This document shows, piece after piece, positions 20,123 to 30,032 of a stretch of DNA of 64,000 bases. Source of the stretch: Dehalococcoidia bacterium (GTDB taxonomy: Bacteria; Chloroflexota; Dehalococcoidia; Bin125). The DNA is taken from contig OZ250140.1 of the NCBI GenBank assembly GCA_965237475.1, positions 2,671,399 to 2,735,398 of the forward strand, in the 5' to 3' direction. Made by a program: the position numbers and the translations under genes. Within the stretch, counting starts at the first letter, position 1; every line of letters starts with the position of its first letter. The notes beneath the pieces are model-generated. The model was not told where the DNA came from. It saw only the letters and a program-made list of their open reading frames with translations, and ran no database searches.

Positions 20123-22882
20123 CTACCAGTATTCGCGCCGCTTGCCGCGCTTTCGGTCGCGACGCCATTCCTTGGCGTCGGCGACCCGCTCCACGGCCAC
20201 AGCGCAGACCTTGTATTCGGGAATCCGCGCCTGTTGGTCGAAGACGTTGTTGGTCAGCCAGTTGGCGGCGCTCTGCTGTAGCCGTACGAACGGCACGAAG
20301 ATCGAGCCGGCCGCCACATCGTCCGTCACGAATGCGACGCCTTCCAGCCGTCCGCGCCGGGAGGCCACCTGGATCGCCTCGCCCGACTCAATCTCGATTC
20401 GCGCCGCGTCCTGCGGGTGAATCGCGATGCGCAGCTCCGGCCAGGAGTCGACCAGCCCGTCGACCCGGCGCGTCATCGTGCCCCCGTGCCAGTGGTAAAG
20501 CACTCGCCCCGTGTTGAGCACGAACGGGTAGCGCTCGTCGGGCGCCTCCTCGCTCGGCGCGGTCTGCCGCACGGGGATGAACTTGCCCTTGCCGCGCGGG
20601 AAATCCTCGCCGTAGAGGCGCGGCGTGCCGGGATGCCCGGCGTCCGGGCAGGGCCACTGGATCCCGCCCTCGGCGTCCAGCCGCGCGTGCGACAACCCGC
20701 CCAGCATCGGCGTCAGCGAGGCCATCTCGTCGAATACCGACGACGCCGTCGGATGATCAAACCCCGCGACCGACAGCCCCAGTCGCGAGGCCACTCGCAG
20801 CGCCAGGTCCTGGACGATCTCCCAGTCCGGCCGCGCCTGCCCGACCGGCTCGATCACCTGTCGCACCCGCTGCACGCGCCGCTCGGAGTTGGTGAACGTG
20901 CCCTCCTTCTCCGCGAACGACGCGGCCGGCAGCACCACATCCGCCAGCTCTGCCGTCTCGTGCATGAAGATGTCCTGCACCACGAGGAAGTCGAGCCGCT
21001 CGAACGCCTCGCGCGCGTGGGCCAGGTTCGGCTCGGTCAGCAACGGGTTCTCGCCGACGATGTACATGCAGCGAACCCGTTCGTCGGTTGCGCCGCTCAG
21101 GATCGACTCCACCATGTCGGTCGCGCGCAAGCCCTCCTCGGACGGCAGCGACGCGCCCCAAACCGACTCGAAGCGCTCGATCACCTCGGGCACGTAGCGC
21201 TGATAGCCGGGCAGCGCGTCGGGCACGCAGCCCGCGTCGCCGGCGCCCTGCACGTTGTTCTGCCCGCGCAGCGGTGAGACTCCGTTGCCCACCCGACCGA
21301 CCTGCCCGGTCAGCAGGGCCAGATTGAGCAACGCGGTCGCGTTGGCCGTGCCGTTGGTGTGCTGGGTGACGCCCATCCCCCAGATCAGGCAGGAGCCGCC
21401 GCCCGCGTCCCCCCGAGGCCGCGCATACAGCCGCGCCGCCCGCCGCAGCAGCTCGGCCGGCACGCCGGAGAGCTCCTCGACCCGCTCGGGTGTGTACTCG
21501 CCGAGCTCGGCCAGCCACTCGGTGTAGCCCTCGGTGCGCGTCTCGATGAACCGCTCATCGGCCAGACCTTCGTCCAGAATCACCCGCGCCATCCCGTTCA
21601 GCACCGCGACATCGGTGCCCGGGTACTCCCGCAGCCAGAGGTCGGTGTGGTCGCAGAGCTCGATCCGCTTCGGGTTGAGCACGATCAGCGCCGCCCCGCG
21701 CTGGTCGATCGCGCGCCGCATCCGGCTCGCCACGACCGGATGGTTCGACGACGGGTCGGCGCCGACCACGAACAGGCAGTCGGTCGCCTCATAGTCGCTG
21801 TACGAGTTCGAGGTCGCGCCGCTGCCCAGCTGCGCCAGCATCGCCTCAACGGACGGCGAGTGACAGAGCCGCGTGCAGTGGTCGACGTTGTTGGTCGACA
21901 TGACCGCGCGTACCAGCTTCTGCAGGAGGTAGTTGTCCTCGTTCGTCGCCTTGGCGCTGGAGAACGCCCCGAACGCCCCGCGATGCTCGGCGAACTTGTC
22001 GGCCACGAGATCGAGCGCCTCATCCCAGGTGGCCGGCTCCAGCCCGCCGGCGCGCCGGATCAGCGGCTGGGTCAGGCGATCGGGATGATTCACGAACGAC
22101 GTCCCAAACCGGCCCTTCACGCAGAGCAGTCCCAATGACGACCGATTCTGCGGGTCGTCGTCAACGTGGATCAGCTGGCCCGCCTCAGCCGTCACGCGAA
22201 TCCCGCAGCCCACTCCGCAGTAGGGGCAGACCGTCGACACCGTCTTCGGCCCGGCCGCGCCGCGCTTGCCGACCAGCGCCTCGGTCGGGCAGGCCGCCAC
22301 GCACGAGCCGCACGAGGTGCAGGTCGACTCGCCCAGCGGGTCCTCGTCGAACGCCGCGATCCGCGCCGCCTTGCCGAGCCCCGCGATCCCAATCGCGCCG
22401 ATGTGCTGCCGGTCGGTGCAGGCCGAGACGCAGCGCCCGCAGAGGATGCACTGCGACGCATCGAACTTGTAGAAGTGATTGCTCTCGTCGAGCGTCGGGT
22501 TGGCCTTGATTCTCCAACGCGAGGCGTCGGCCGTATGCGTCCTCGCGTGGTGGCTGAGCTCGTTCTCGCCGATCGGCTGCGCGTCGTCGCGCATCGCCAG
22601 CGTCAGCTCGAGAATGCCCCGTCGCGTCTCCACGGCGGCCTCGCTGTTCGTGCGAATCGCCAAGCCTTCGCGAACGGGCGTGGAACATGCCGCCGGCAGC
22701 CCGCGCACGCCATCGATCTCCACCAGGCACGTCCGACAAGCGCCCAGCGCCGGCCCGTCCGCATCCTTACAAAGGTGCGGCAGGTCGATCCCCGCGCCCA
22801 ACACCGCATCGAGCACCGAGCCGCCGGTCGTCGCCTTGAACGACGCTCCGTCGATCGTGATCGCGACAGTCTCAGCAGTCAT
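20123..22882 (-). CDS. fdhF: Formate dehydrogenase alpha subunit (Mo/W-bisPGD, Cys-type) with N-terminal Fe-S domains
   Basis: GACRTCLVE, CILCGRC, CTSCGSCVAACP, CPYCGVGC, DHCTRLCH, LRGQNNVQG, PEYKVCAV. Confidence 0.93.
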   Translation of the reverse strand: MTAETVAITIDGASFKATTGGSVLDAVLGAGIDLPHLCKDADGPALGACRTCLVEIDGVRGLPAACSTPVREGLAIRTNSEAAVETRRGILELTLAMRDDAQPIGENELSHHARTHTADASRWRIKANPTLDESNHFYKFDASQCILCGRCVSACTDRQHIGAIGIAGLGKAARIAAFDEDPLGESTCTSCGSCVAACPTEALVGKRGAAGPKTVSTVCPYCGVGCGIRVTAEAGQLIHVDDDPQNRSSLGLLCVKGRFGTSFVNHPDRLTQPLIRRAGGLEPATWDEALDLVADKFAEHRGAFGAFSSAKATNEDNYLLQKLVRAVMSTNNVDHCTRLCHSPSVEAMLAQLGSGATSNSYSDYEATDCLFVVGADPSSNHPVVASRMRRAIDQRGAALIVLNPKRIELCDHTDLWLREYPGTDVAVLNGMARVILDEGLADERFIETRTEGYTEWLAELGEYTPERVEELSGVPAELLRRAARLYARPRGDAGGGSCLIWGMGVTQHTNGTANATALLNLALLTGQVGRVGNGVSPLRGQNNVQGAGDAGCVPDALPGYQRYVPEVIERFESVWGASLPSEEGLRATDMVESILSGATDERVRCMYIVGENPLLTEPNLAHAREAFERLDFLVVQDIFMHETAELADVVLPAASFAEKEGTFTNSERRVQRVRQVIEPVGQARPDWEIVQDLALRVASRLGLSVAGFDHPTASSVFDEMASLTPMLGGLSHARLDAEGGIQWPCPDAGHPGTPRLYGEDFPRGKGKFIPVRQTAPSEEAPDERYPFVLNTGRVLYHWHGGTMTRRVDGLVDSWPELRIAIHPQDAARIEIESGEAIQVASRRGRLEGVAFVTDDVAAGSIFVPFVRLQQSAANWLTNNVFDQQARIPEYKVCAVAVERVADAKEWRRDRKRGKRREYW

Positions 22883-23066
22883 CACCACTCCTCTCCGTTG
22901 ATGTTATCGGAGCGAGGTCTGTTGCTGATCCGCTCGCGGCTTGATATCTCGACCACGGACTGGGGCAGATCCCCGATCGGCTGAAGGCTTCGACGTTTGT
23001 CGGAGCCTTCTGCTCGTCCCGCGCCGGACACCGTCAGCCGTTGTTCTGAGTTTCGATCCGCCCCTC

Positions 23067-23227
23067 CCGTCATTCCTGCGCAGGCAGGAATCCAGGCGGG
23101 CACTGGGCCAATTTGTCCTCCGCACGTCCGGCGGCGCGACGACGGATGTTGGCGAGGCCGTAGCGAGGCCGGCACGGTGGCGGGGGTTGGGGGATCGCCT
23201 GGATTCCTGCCTGCGCAGGAATGACGG
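23067..23227. repeat. Perfect 32-bp inverted repeat pair of the GTCATTCC-N-GGAATC type
   Basis: CCGTCATTCCTGCGCAGGCAGGAATCCAGGCG (23067-23098) and its reverse complement (23196-23227). Confidence 0.9.
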
Positions 23228-23296
23228 AAAGGGAGGCGCAAATGAGAGAGACGGCGGCGGGGACGACGGAGGGGGGGGCAGGAACGGCTGAGTTAG

Positions 23297-23483
23297 GGCC
23301 TGTTCAAACAGCTCCCACCTGAAGGCGTCGAGGGCAATCCAGAGGCCCCAATCCCAGCATGGCCGCGCCCACATCGTCATACCGCGCCCACTCCGTCATT
23401 CCCGCGACGGAGCGCGGGAATGACGGGTCATCGCGGGAGTGACGATGAAGTGTTGGTCTGGCGACCGTCAATCTGAACAGGCC
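23297..23483. mobile_element. MITE (187 bp) sharing ends with the IS5 element at 30508-31358
   Basis: TTAG|GGCCTGTTCA ... TGAACAGGCC|TTAG: perfect 10-bp TIR identical to the IS ends, 4-bp target duplication, internal GTCATTCCCGCG..CGCGGGAATGAC hairpin. Confidence 0.8.
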
Positions 23484-25112
23484 TTAGGCCACTGACCCGC
23501 CAAACTGGCGACGGGCGCTGGTCACCGGGTTCGGCGCCATCTGGCCGTGGCCGCACAACGACGCCGTTGCGAGCAACGGCAAGAGCGTCTCGATGTCGCG
23601 CCCGGCGGAGGCGTCGCCGCCGTTCAGACGCTCGAGCGCCTCTACCAGCCGGCCTGTGCCCTCGCGGCAGGGCGTGCACTTCCCGCAGGACTCAGCCGCG
23701 TTGTACTGCGCCTGCACCGCCAAGGCCGCTTCGATGCCGAACTCCCGCGGGATGCCGATGATCCCGCCAGCGCCCAGCACCGCCCCGGCGCCATCCAGCG
23801 AGCCGGGAGCGATCGGCGTGTTGAACGCCTCGGGCGCGAGAAATCCGCCCGAGGGTCCGCCGATCGCGATGCCAACCAGGTCCGCGCTCGGCCTCGCCAG
23901 GTCGACGATCTCCGCCACCGGTGTGCCCAGCGGGAGCTCCAGCAGCCCCAGCCGCTCGAAGGCGCCCGAGATTGACAGCACTTTGGTCCCCGGTGCGTCC
24001 TCCATGCCCGTCTCGCGAAACCAGTCGGCGCCGTATTCGAGGATGTCGGGCAGATTCGCCAGCGTCTCGACGTTGTTGATTACCGTCGGACGCCCCCACA
24101 GGCCGTGCTCGGTCGGCAGCGGCGGCTTGAGCCGCGGCACCGCACGACGACCCTCGATCGACTCCATGATCACCGACTCTTCGCCGCACACATAGCCGCC
24201 CGCCCCGCGCCGGATCTCAATCTCCAGCCCCGGGTCGTGTGCGCCGCTCGATGTCAACCGACCGGACGCTCGCGCCGCCGCAATCGCGGCCTCCACCGCC
24301 GCCGCCGAGCGGTCGGCCATCCCGTTGATGTAGCAATACGCCTTGCGCGCGCCGATCGCGTAGCAGGCGATTCGCACCGCCTCGATCAACCGTCCCGCGT
24401 CGCGCTCCATGATCGCGCGGTCCTTGAAGACGCCCGGCTCGCCCTCCTCGGCGTTCACGAGCAGCAGCGGTTCGCCGCTCAGCGCCGCGTTCTCAACCGC
24501 CCCGCGCCACTTGATGTGCACCGGAAAATACGCCCCGCCGCGACCACGCAACCCGGACGCAGCGACTACCTCGATCACCTCACTCGGGAGCATCCCCGCC
24601 GCCGCCGCCCAGCCGCACCAGTTGCCGTCCCGTTGCGCCATCACCCGCATGAGTCCGCCCGGAACAGTCCCGCGAGCGGCCGCGAACAGCTCGTCGCCGA
24701 CCGATGTTTCGATCGAGGCCGAGCCGGTCGCCATCAGCGGCGCCGCCGCGCAGAGGAACATACACTCGTGCGCCTCGACCTCACGACCCTCCGCGCGCAA
24801 CTCCTGCGTCAGGCGCGCGCTGCCCGCGATCCGGCATGTCAGGCCGCCGCAGACGCGCACGGCCGCGTCGTTGGGCGCGGAGAAGCGGAACTCCGAGTAC
24901 GACGTGGCCACCGCGTACAGCTCCGACTTCGGTGCGTGCACCCAGGCCGCCACCCGTTCCATCCCCGCGGCCGACAGATACCCCTCGATCTGGTGCAACA
25001 GGTGCAGCGCCGGGAGCGTCTGCGTGCGTTCGCGCGGTACCGCTGCGAGCGCCGCATCCAGCTCAGTCGAGCCGCCGATTGTGACCATGCCCGCCACTCG
25101 CCTTCCGCTCAT
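23484..25112 (-). CDS. NuoE-NuoF-like fused diaphorase subunit of an NAD-dependent formate dehydrogenase
   Basis: N-terminal VATSYSEF..VCGGLTC..C.FLC..AP (NuoE-like), then SGLRGRGGAYF, NAEEGEPG, GAGGYVCGEE, ESCGKCTPCREG, SLCGHG. The start may be 25088. Confidence 0.88.
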   Translation of the reverse strand: MSGRRVAGMVTIGGSTELDAALAAVPRERTQTLPALHLLHQIEGYLSAAGMERVAAWVHAPKSELYAVATSYSEFRFSAPNDAAVRVCGGLTCRIAGSARLTQELRAEGREVEAHECMFLCAAAPLMATGSASIETSVGDELFAAARGTVPGGLMRVMAQRDGNWCGWAAAAGMLPSEVIEVVAASGLRGRGGAYFPVHIKWRGAVENAALSGEPLLLVNAEEGEPGVFKDRAIMERDAGRLIEAVRIACYAIGARKAYCYINGMADRSAAAVEAAIAAARASGRLTSSGAHDPGLEIEIRRGAGGYVCGEESVIMESIEGRRAVPRLKPPLPTEHGLWGRPTVINNVETLANLPDILEYGADWFRETGMEDAPGTKVLSISGAFERLGLLELPLGTPVAEIVDLARPSADLVGIAIGGPSGGFLAPEAFNTPIAPGSLDGAGAVLGAGGIIGIPREFGIEAALAVQAQYNAAESCGKCTPCREGTGRLVEALERLNGGDASAGRDIETLLPLLATASLCGHGQMAPNPVTSARRQFGGSVA

Positions 25113-25176
25113 GCGCCGCGTCAGTCTACGCGCGGCCGCCGCCCGTACCATTCGAGGCATTGAGCGGAGCGCAGCC

Positions 25177-26208
25177 ATGCCAGATGACCGCCCCGATCGT
25201 CCCAACTCCTACGCGGAGGCTCACCGCGTGGCCAGACCGCTCGCCCAATACGGTCCCTCGCACACCTTCCTCGGCGTCCCGCGCGCCGAACTTCGCGAGC
25301 CGGACAGCTGGGCCGCCGCGCAGGCCGTGATCATCGGCGCCCCGTTCGACGCGGGCACGACCTGGCGGCCCGGGGCGCGCTTCGGTCCCCGCGCGATCCG
25401 CGGGACCGACAATCTGCCGCACACCGGCTACCGGCCGCACCTCGCGCTCCGCATCGATCCGCTGCACGAGCTCGGCGTCGTCGATGTCGGCGATGTCTAC
25501 ATGCCGCAGCTCGACAGCGAGGGCGGTCTGCAGCGACTGATGGACGCCTGCGAGCGCGTCGCCGCCGCCGGCGCGGTGCCCGTCGTGCTCGGCGGCGACC
25601 ACACGATCACCTACGCCACTGCCTCCGGCGTCGCCAAACATCACGGCTTCGGCCGCGTCTCGATGATCCACTTCGACGCCCACGCCGACACCGGCGATTC
25701 GGACGGCGGCCTCTGGGGCCACGGCACGCCGATGCGGCGACTGATCATGTCGGGCGCGGTCCGCGGCGACCGCTTCCTGCAGATCGGCCTGCGCGGCTAC
25801 TGGCCGGACCCGCCGATTCTCGAATGGATGGCCGAACAGCACATGCGCTGGTATGAGATGACGGAGGTCGTCCAGCGCGGACTCGATCAGTGCCTGTCAG
25901 AGGCGCTCGAACGCGCTGCGGAGGATTGCGACGGTGTGTTCCTCTCCGTGGATGTCGATGTCGTCGATCCGGGCATGGCGCCGGGCACCGGGACGCCCGA
26001 GTCAGGTGGGCTGACGTCGCGACAGCTGCTCGATGCGGTCCGCCGCATCGCCCTCGAAGCCCCGCTGCTCGGCGTCGATGTGGTCGAAGTCGCGCCCGCC
26101 TACGACCACGCCGAGATCACCGCGCTGCTCGGCAACCGGATCACGCTCGAAGCGCTCAGCGGGATCGCCGCCCGCCGCCGGGCCGCGGCCGATGGTCAAG
26201 TAGGCTGA
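25177..26208 (+). CDS. speB: Agmatinase/ureohydrolase family protein
   Basis: RPGARFGP, GGDHTIT, DAHADT, HGTP, SVDVDVVDPGMAPGTGTP. Confidence 0.9.
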   Translation: MPDDRPDRPNSYAEAHRVARPLAQYGPSHTFLGVPRAELREPDSWAAAQAVIIGAPFDAGTTWRPGARFGPRAIRGTDNLPHTGYRPHLALRIDPLHELGVVDVGDVYMPQLDSEGGLQRLMDACERVAAAGAVPVVLGGDHTITYATASGVAKHHGFGRVSMIHFDAHADTGDSDGGLWGHGTPMRRLIMSGAVRGDRFLQIGLRGYWPDPPILEWMAEQHMRWYEMTEVVQRGLDQCLSEALERAAEDCDGVFLSVDVDVVDPGMAPGTGTPESGGLTSRQLLDAVRRIALEAPLLGVDVVEVAPAYDHAEITALLGNRITLEALSGIAARRRAAADGQVG

Positions 26209-26227
26209 CGCGGAGCGAGGCGCCTCC

Positions 26228-27241
26228 ATGACCACCCCCTTCCGCTACGGCGTGCTTCAATTCTTCTCGTGGCCGGGGCGGCGCGTGCCGCTCGCGACCG
26301 TCTACGAACGGGCGCTCAACCGCATCGACATCATGGATGAGACGGGCTACGACTGCGTCTGGCTTGCCGAGCACCACTTCAACACCTACAGCGTGTGCCC
26401 CTCGGTCCACCTGATGGGCATGCACGTTGCAGGGCGCACGAAGAACATCCGGATCGGTACCGCGGTCACCCTGGCGTCGTTCTACCACCCCTTGCGGATC
26501 GCCGAGGAGGTCGCGCTGCTTGACGTGCTCTCCGGCGGGCGCGTCAACTGGGGCGCGGGCCGCGGTTTCGACCAGACCGAGTTTCGCGCGTTCAACGTCC
26601 CCATCGAGGAGTCATACCCGCGCTTCCGCGAGAGCGTCCAGATCGTGCTCGAAGCCTGGCGCAACGAGCGCATCACCTGGCACGGCGACTACTGGGACTT
26701 CGACGAGATCGAGGTCCTGCCGAAGCCGCACCAGCAGCCCACGCCGCCCTTCTGGGTCGCCGCCGGCTCGCCCGACGCGCTCGACTGGGCCGGTCAGCAG
26801 GGCTACTCGATCCTCATGGGTCCTCACGCGCAGCACCGCGAGATCGCCGAGCAGCGCGACGGATACCTGCGCCAGCTCGAGCGGCACGGCCACCCAACCG
26901 AGGGCCGCACGCTGCCGATCGCCCGGCTGATCGCCGTCGCCGAGACTGACGCGGAGGCCGAAGAGATCGCGCGCCGCGGCGCGCAGTGGACCGTCGGCTC
27001 CTACGGCAGCGGGAGCAAGGCGGGTGCGGAACGGGCCAGCAACGCCGCGCGGCGCGATCCCGATCAGGACCCTGTCGAGCGCTACCTCAACAACGTCGTG
27101 ATCCACGGCTCGGCGAGCAAGGTCGCCGACACGATCAGCGAGCTGCGCGAGACGATCTCGCTCGACTATCTGATCGCCGCGCCCTTCTCGCACGACTCCT
27201 TCGTCCGTTTCACCAACGATGTGCTGCCCAGAATCCGCTAG
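26228..27241 (+). CDS. LLM-class (luciferase-like) flavin-dependent oxidoreductase
   Basis: WLAEHHF, HPLRIAEE.A.LD.LSGGR, PKP.QQP.PP.W. Confidence 0.93.
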   Translation: MTTPFRYGVLQFFSWPGRRVPLATVYERALNRIDIMDETGYDCVWLAEHHFNTYSVCPSVHLMGMHVAGRTKNIRIGTAVTLASFYHPLRIAEEVALLDVLSGGRVNWGAGRGFDQTEFRAFNVPIEESYPRFRESVQIVLEAWRNERITWHGDYWDFDEIEVLPKPHQQPTPPFWVAAGSPDALDWAGQQGYSILMGPHAQHREIAEQRDGYLRQLERHGHPTEGRTLPIARLIAVAETDAEAEEIARRGAQWTVGSYGSGSKAGAERASNAARRDPDQDPVERYLNNVVIHGSASKVADTISELRETISLDYLIAAPFSHDSFVRFTNDVLPRIR

Positions 27242-27267
27242 CGACCAGACCCACAGGGAGGCGCCGC

Positions 27268-28122
27268 ATGGCCTACGAATTCATCACCCTCGAGCGCAAG
27301 GGCAAGCAGGGCGGCATCGTCTGGCTGGAGTTCAACCGCCCCGAGAAGCTCAACGCGCTCACCTTCCCGCTGCTCGCTGAGATGTACGACGTGTTGACCC
27401 GGCTGCGGATGGACCGCACGGCCCGCGTGCTGGTGATCACCGGCAAGGGCCGCGGCTTCTGCGCGGGCATGGATGTCAGCGGCGCCGGCCGCGGCCTGAG
27501 CGACTTCTGGGCCGAGCACTCCGATCCGTTCGTGGGCCACCCCGCGCCCGAGGGCCGGGTCGATAACGAGGGCGACCGGCTCAACTTCCGCTTCGAAACC
27601 AGGACCTACGCCGAGCTGCGCCGACTCGACATTCCCGTGATCGCCGGGATCAACGGCCCCTGCGTCGGCGCCGGCTTCGACATGGCCTGCCTCGCCGATC
27701 TCGCCGTCGCGTCGACCAGCGCCCGCTACCAGGTCGCCTACGTCAAGCGCGGCCTCTACGCCGACCTCGGCGGTTTCTGGGCGATCCCCAAGATCATCGG
27801 CTGGCGCAAGGCGATGGAGATGATGTTCACCGGCCGGTTCATGACGGCGGAAGAGGGCCACGAGGCCGGCGTCAGCAACTACCTCGTGGCGCCCGAAGAC
27901 TTCCAGCAGAAGCTGCTCGAATTCGCCGAAGAGGTCGAGGCCGGCCCGCCAATTGGCCAGAAGGTAGGCAAGCTGATGGCCTATCGCACCGCCAACCTCG
28001 ACTACGAAAGCGCGCTCGAAATCTCCGGCGCCGTCCTCCCGCTGGTCCAGGAGTCGTTCGACGGGCTGGAGGGCGGGCGGAGCTTCCGCGAGCGCCGGGA
28101 GCCCCGTTTCAGCGGCTTCTAA
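27268..28122 (+). CDS. Enoyl-CoA hydratase/isomerase family protein
   Basis: NRPEKLNAL, GRGFCAGMD, PVIAGINGPCVGAG, F.E.R.P.F.G. Confidence 0.93.
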   Translation: MAYEFITLERKGKQGGIVWLEFNRPEKLNALTFPLLAEMYDVLTRLRMDRTARVLVITGKGRGFCAGMDVSGAGRGLSDFWAEHSDPFVGHPAPEGRVDNEGDRLNFRFETRTYAELRRLDIPVIAGINGPCVGAGFDMACLADLAVASTSARYQVAYVKRGLYADLGGFWAIPKIIGWRKAMEMMFTGRFMTAEEGHEAGVSNYLVAPEDFQQKLLEFAEEVEAGPPIGQKVGKLMAYRTANLDYESALEISGAVLPLVQESFDGLEGGRSFRERREPRFSGF

Positions 28123-28166
28123 GCCCGCGGCGGGAGAGCAATCGATGCGAGCGGAGCCCAACTCAG

Positions 28167-28373
28167 ATGTGTAGAAGTATCAAGCGTCTGCGCACCCGCG
28201 ATGGCGAGCGCCCCCCGCAGGAGGTTGAGGAGGCTGCTCTCCAGTTCGTGCGCAAGATCAGCGGCATGCGCGCGCCCTCTCAGCGCAACGCCGAGGCCTT
28301 CGACGCCGCCGTCAGCGAAATCGCCGCCGCCAGCGAGCGCCTGCTGGAGCGTCTGCCGCCGCTGCAACGCTGA
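28167..28373 (+). CDS. DUF2277 family small protein
   Basis: MCRSIK.L...AALQFVRKISG..PS..N.EAF..AV pattern. Confidence 0.85.
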   Translation: MCRSIKRLRTRDGERPPQEVEEAALQFVRKISGMRAPSQRNAEAFDAAVSEIAAASERLLERLPPLQR

Positions 28374-28401
28374 CTCCTGCGCTCCCCCCGCATTGCGGGG
28401 G

Positions 28402-28452
28402 CCCCCCTCTGTCACTGCGTGACATCTCCCCCCGCCAAGCGGGGGGAGAGGG
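28402..28452. repeat. Copy of the dispersed CCCCCTCTG..CATCTCCCCC..GGGGGAGA palindrome family
   Basis: Same layout as copies at ~8390, 33685, 41015, 41209, 47798 and 48013. Confidence 0.8.
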
Positions 28453-28567
28453 GACAAGCGGGGGGAGATAGGGTCTGGGATTTGGGCGAAGGTCTCGAGA
28501 GGGGAGCAGGGAGCATGCAGCCACGTATGCTGCCTCCATCCCAGGACAGCCCAGCGCGGAGCGACCA

Positions 28568-29734
28568 ATGACCGACTTCTCACTGACCGAAGCCGACCGC
28601 CTTGTGCAGCGAACCGCGCACCAATTCTCCGCCAAAGAGGTCCGCCCCGTCGCTCGGGAATACGACGAGCGCAACGAATTCGCCTGGGATGTCGCCGCCA
28701 AGGCCGCTGAGATTGGGCTCACCGGCGTCCCGCTGGGCGGGCAGGCCGCGGAGCCCGGGATTACCGCGATGATCACGGCGGAGGAGCTGTCATGGGGCTG
28801 CGCCGGGATCGCCCTCGGCACTCAGGTCAGCGGCCTCGCCGCCACCGCGATCTCGGTGATCGGGACCGAGGAGCAGTGCGATCGCTTCCTGCCGATGTGC
28901 ACCTGCGAAGACGGTCAGCTGCGGCTCGGCGCACTCGCCCTGACCGAGCCCGACGCCGGCTCCGACGCCGGCACGCTCCAGACCCGCGCCACCCGCGACG
29001 GCGACGAATACGTGATCAACGGGACCAAGCGCTTCATCACCGGCGGCGGGATCTCCGACCTGACCGTGGTGTTCGCCCGCGAAGGCAGCGGCAGCGGCTG
29101 GCGCGACGTTTCCGCCTTCGTGGTGCCTAACGACAGTCCCGGCTTCAGCCAGATCAAGGTCTGGGACAAGATGGGCATCCGCGCCAGCCACACCGCCGAC
29201 CTCGCCTTCGACGAGGTCCGCATCCCCGCCGACCACCGGCTCGGCATTCCCGACCCCGACTTCCGCAGCGGCGGCCGCGGGGCGCTCGGCACGCTGGCCG
29301 CGACGCGCCCCTGGATCGGCGCGTTCGCCGTCGGCCTCGCTCGCGCCGCCTTCGAGTACTCCGCCGACTACGCCCGCGAGCGCAAGACCTTCAACCGCCC
29401 GCTGATCGAGCATCAGGGCGTCGGCTTCATGCTGGCCGACATGGACATCGCGATCGACGCTGCCCGTCTGCTGACCTGGCGCGCGGGCGAGATGGCCGCG
29501 TCGGGCGAGCCATTCCTGCTGGAGGAAGCCAGCAAGGCCAAGACCTTCGCCTCGGACATGGCGATGAAGGTGACGACGGATGCCGTCCAGGTCTGCGGCG
29601 GCGTCGGCTTCATGCGCGAGATGCCGCTGGAGAAGTGGATGCGCGACGCGAAGATCTTTCAGATCTTCGAAGGGGCGAATCAGATTCAGCGGATGGTGAT
29701 TGCGCGGAATATTCAGGAGCGGTTCTTCAACTAA
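28568..29734 (+). CDS. Acyl-CoA dehydrogenase
   Basis: [48 protein letters not shown]. Confidence 0.96.
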   Translation: MTDFSLTEADRLVQRTAHQFSAKEVRPVAREYDERNEFAWDVAAKAAEIGLTGVPLGGQAAEPGITAMITAEELSWGCAGIALGTQVSGLAATAISVIGTEEQCDRFLPMCTCEDGQLRLGALALTEPDAGSDAGTLQTRATRDGDEYVINGTKRFITGGGISDLTVVFAREGSGSGWRDVSAFVVPNDSPGFSQIKVWDKMGIRASHTADLAFDEVRIPADHRLGIPDPDFRSGGRGALGTLAATRPWIGAFAVGLARAAFEYSADYARERKTFNRPLIEHQGVGFMLADMDIAIDAARLLTWRAGEMAASGEPFLLEEASKAKTFASDMAMKVTTDAVQVCGGVGFMREMPLEKWMRDAKIFQIFEGANQIQRMVIARNIQERFFN

Positions 29735-29771
29735 CGGCCTGCGGTGGCGCTGGTGATGCGCGCCGTTTCAC

Positions 29772-30032
29772 CTAGTCCAGCGGTTGAATCTTGCCAGGAT
29801 GCCTGTCTTGCTGCGTGAGGCTCCATGCGCGTAGCAGCTCGGATTGTCGCAGCCGGGCCCAGCGCAGCACGAGTGCGTGCTGGCGCGCTGGCAGGCTGCC
29901 AGCGCGACTCTGTAGCGCTTCAATGTCAAACGGCACGTTCTGATCCCCGTACAGCGCGTGGAAGTGCGGCGGTCCGTGGTCGCCGAAGAACATCTGGATG
30001 ACGATGCCCTGAAATCGGCAGAGTTCAGGCAT
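29772..30032 (-). CDS. DUF4160 family protein (putative toxin)
   Basis: MPELCRFQGIVIQMFFGDHGPPHFHALYG...GSLP...W...I.PL. Confidence 0.9.
   Translation of the reverse strand: MPELCRFQGIVIQMFFGDHGPPHFHALYGDQNVPFDIEALQSRAGSLPARQHALVLRWARLRQSELLRAWSLTQQDRHPGKIQPLD

Noticed and set aside
21860-21885. Selenocysteine in formate dehydrogenase
   Set aside because: The active-site codon is TGT (Cys) in DHCTRLCH, and the frame is open.
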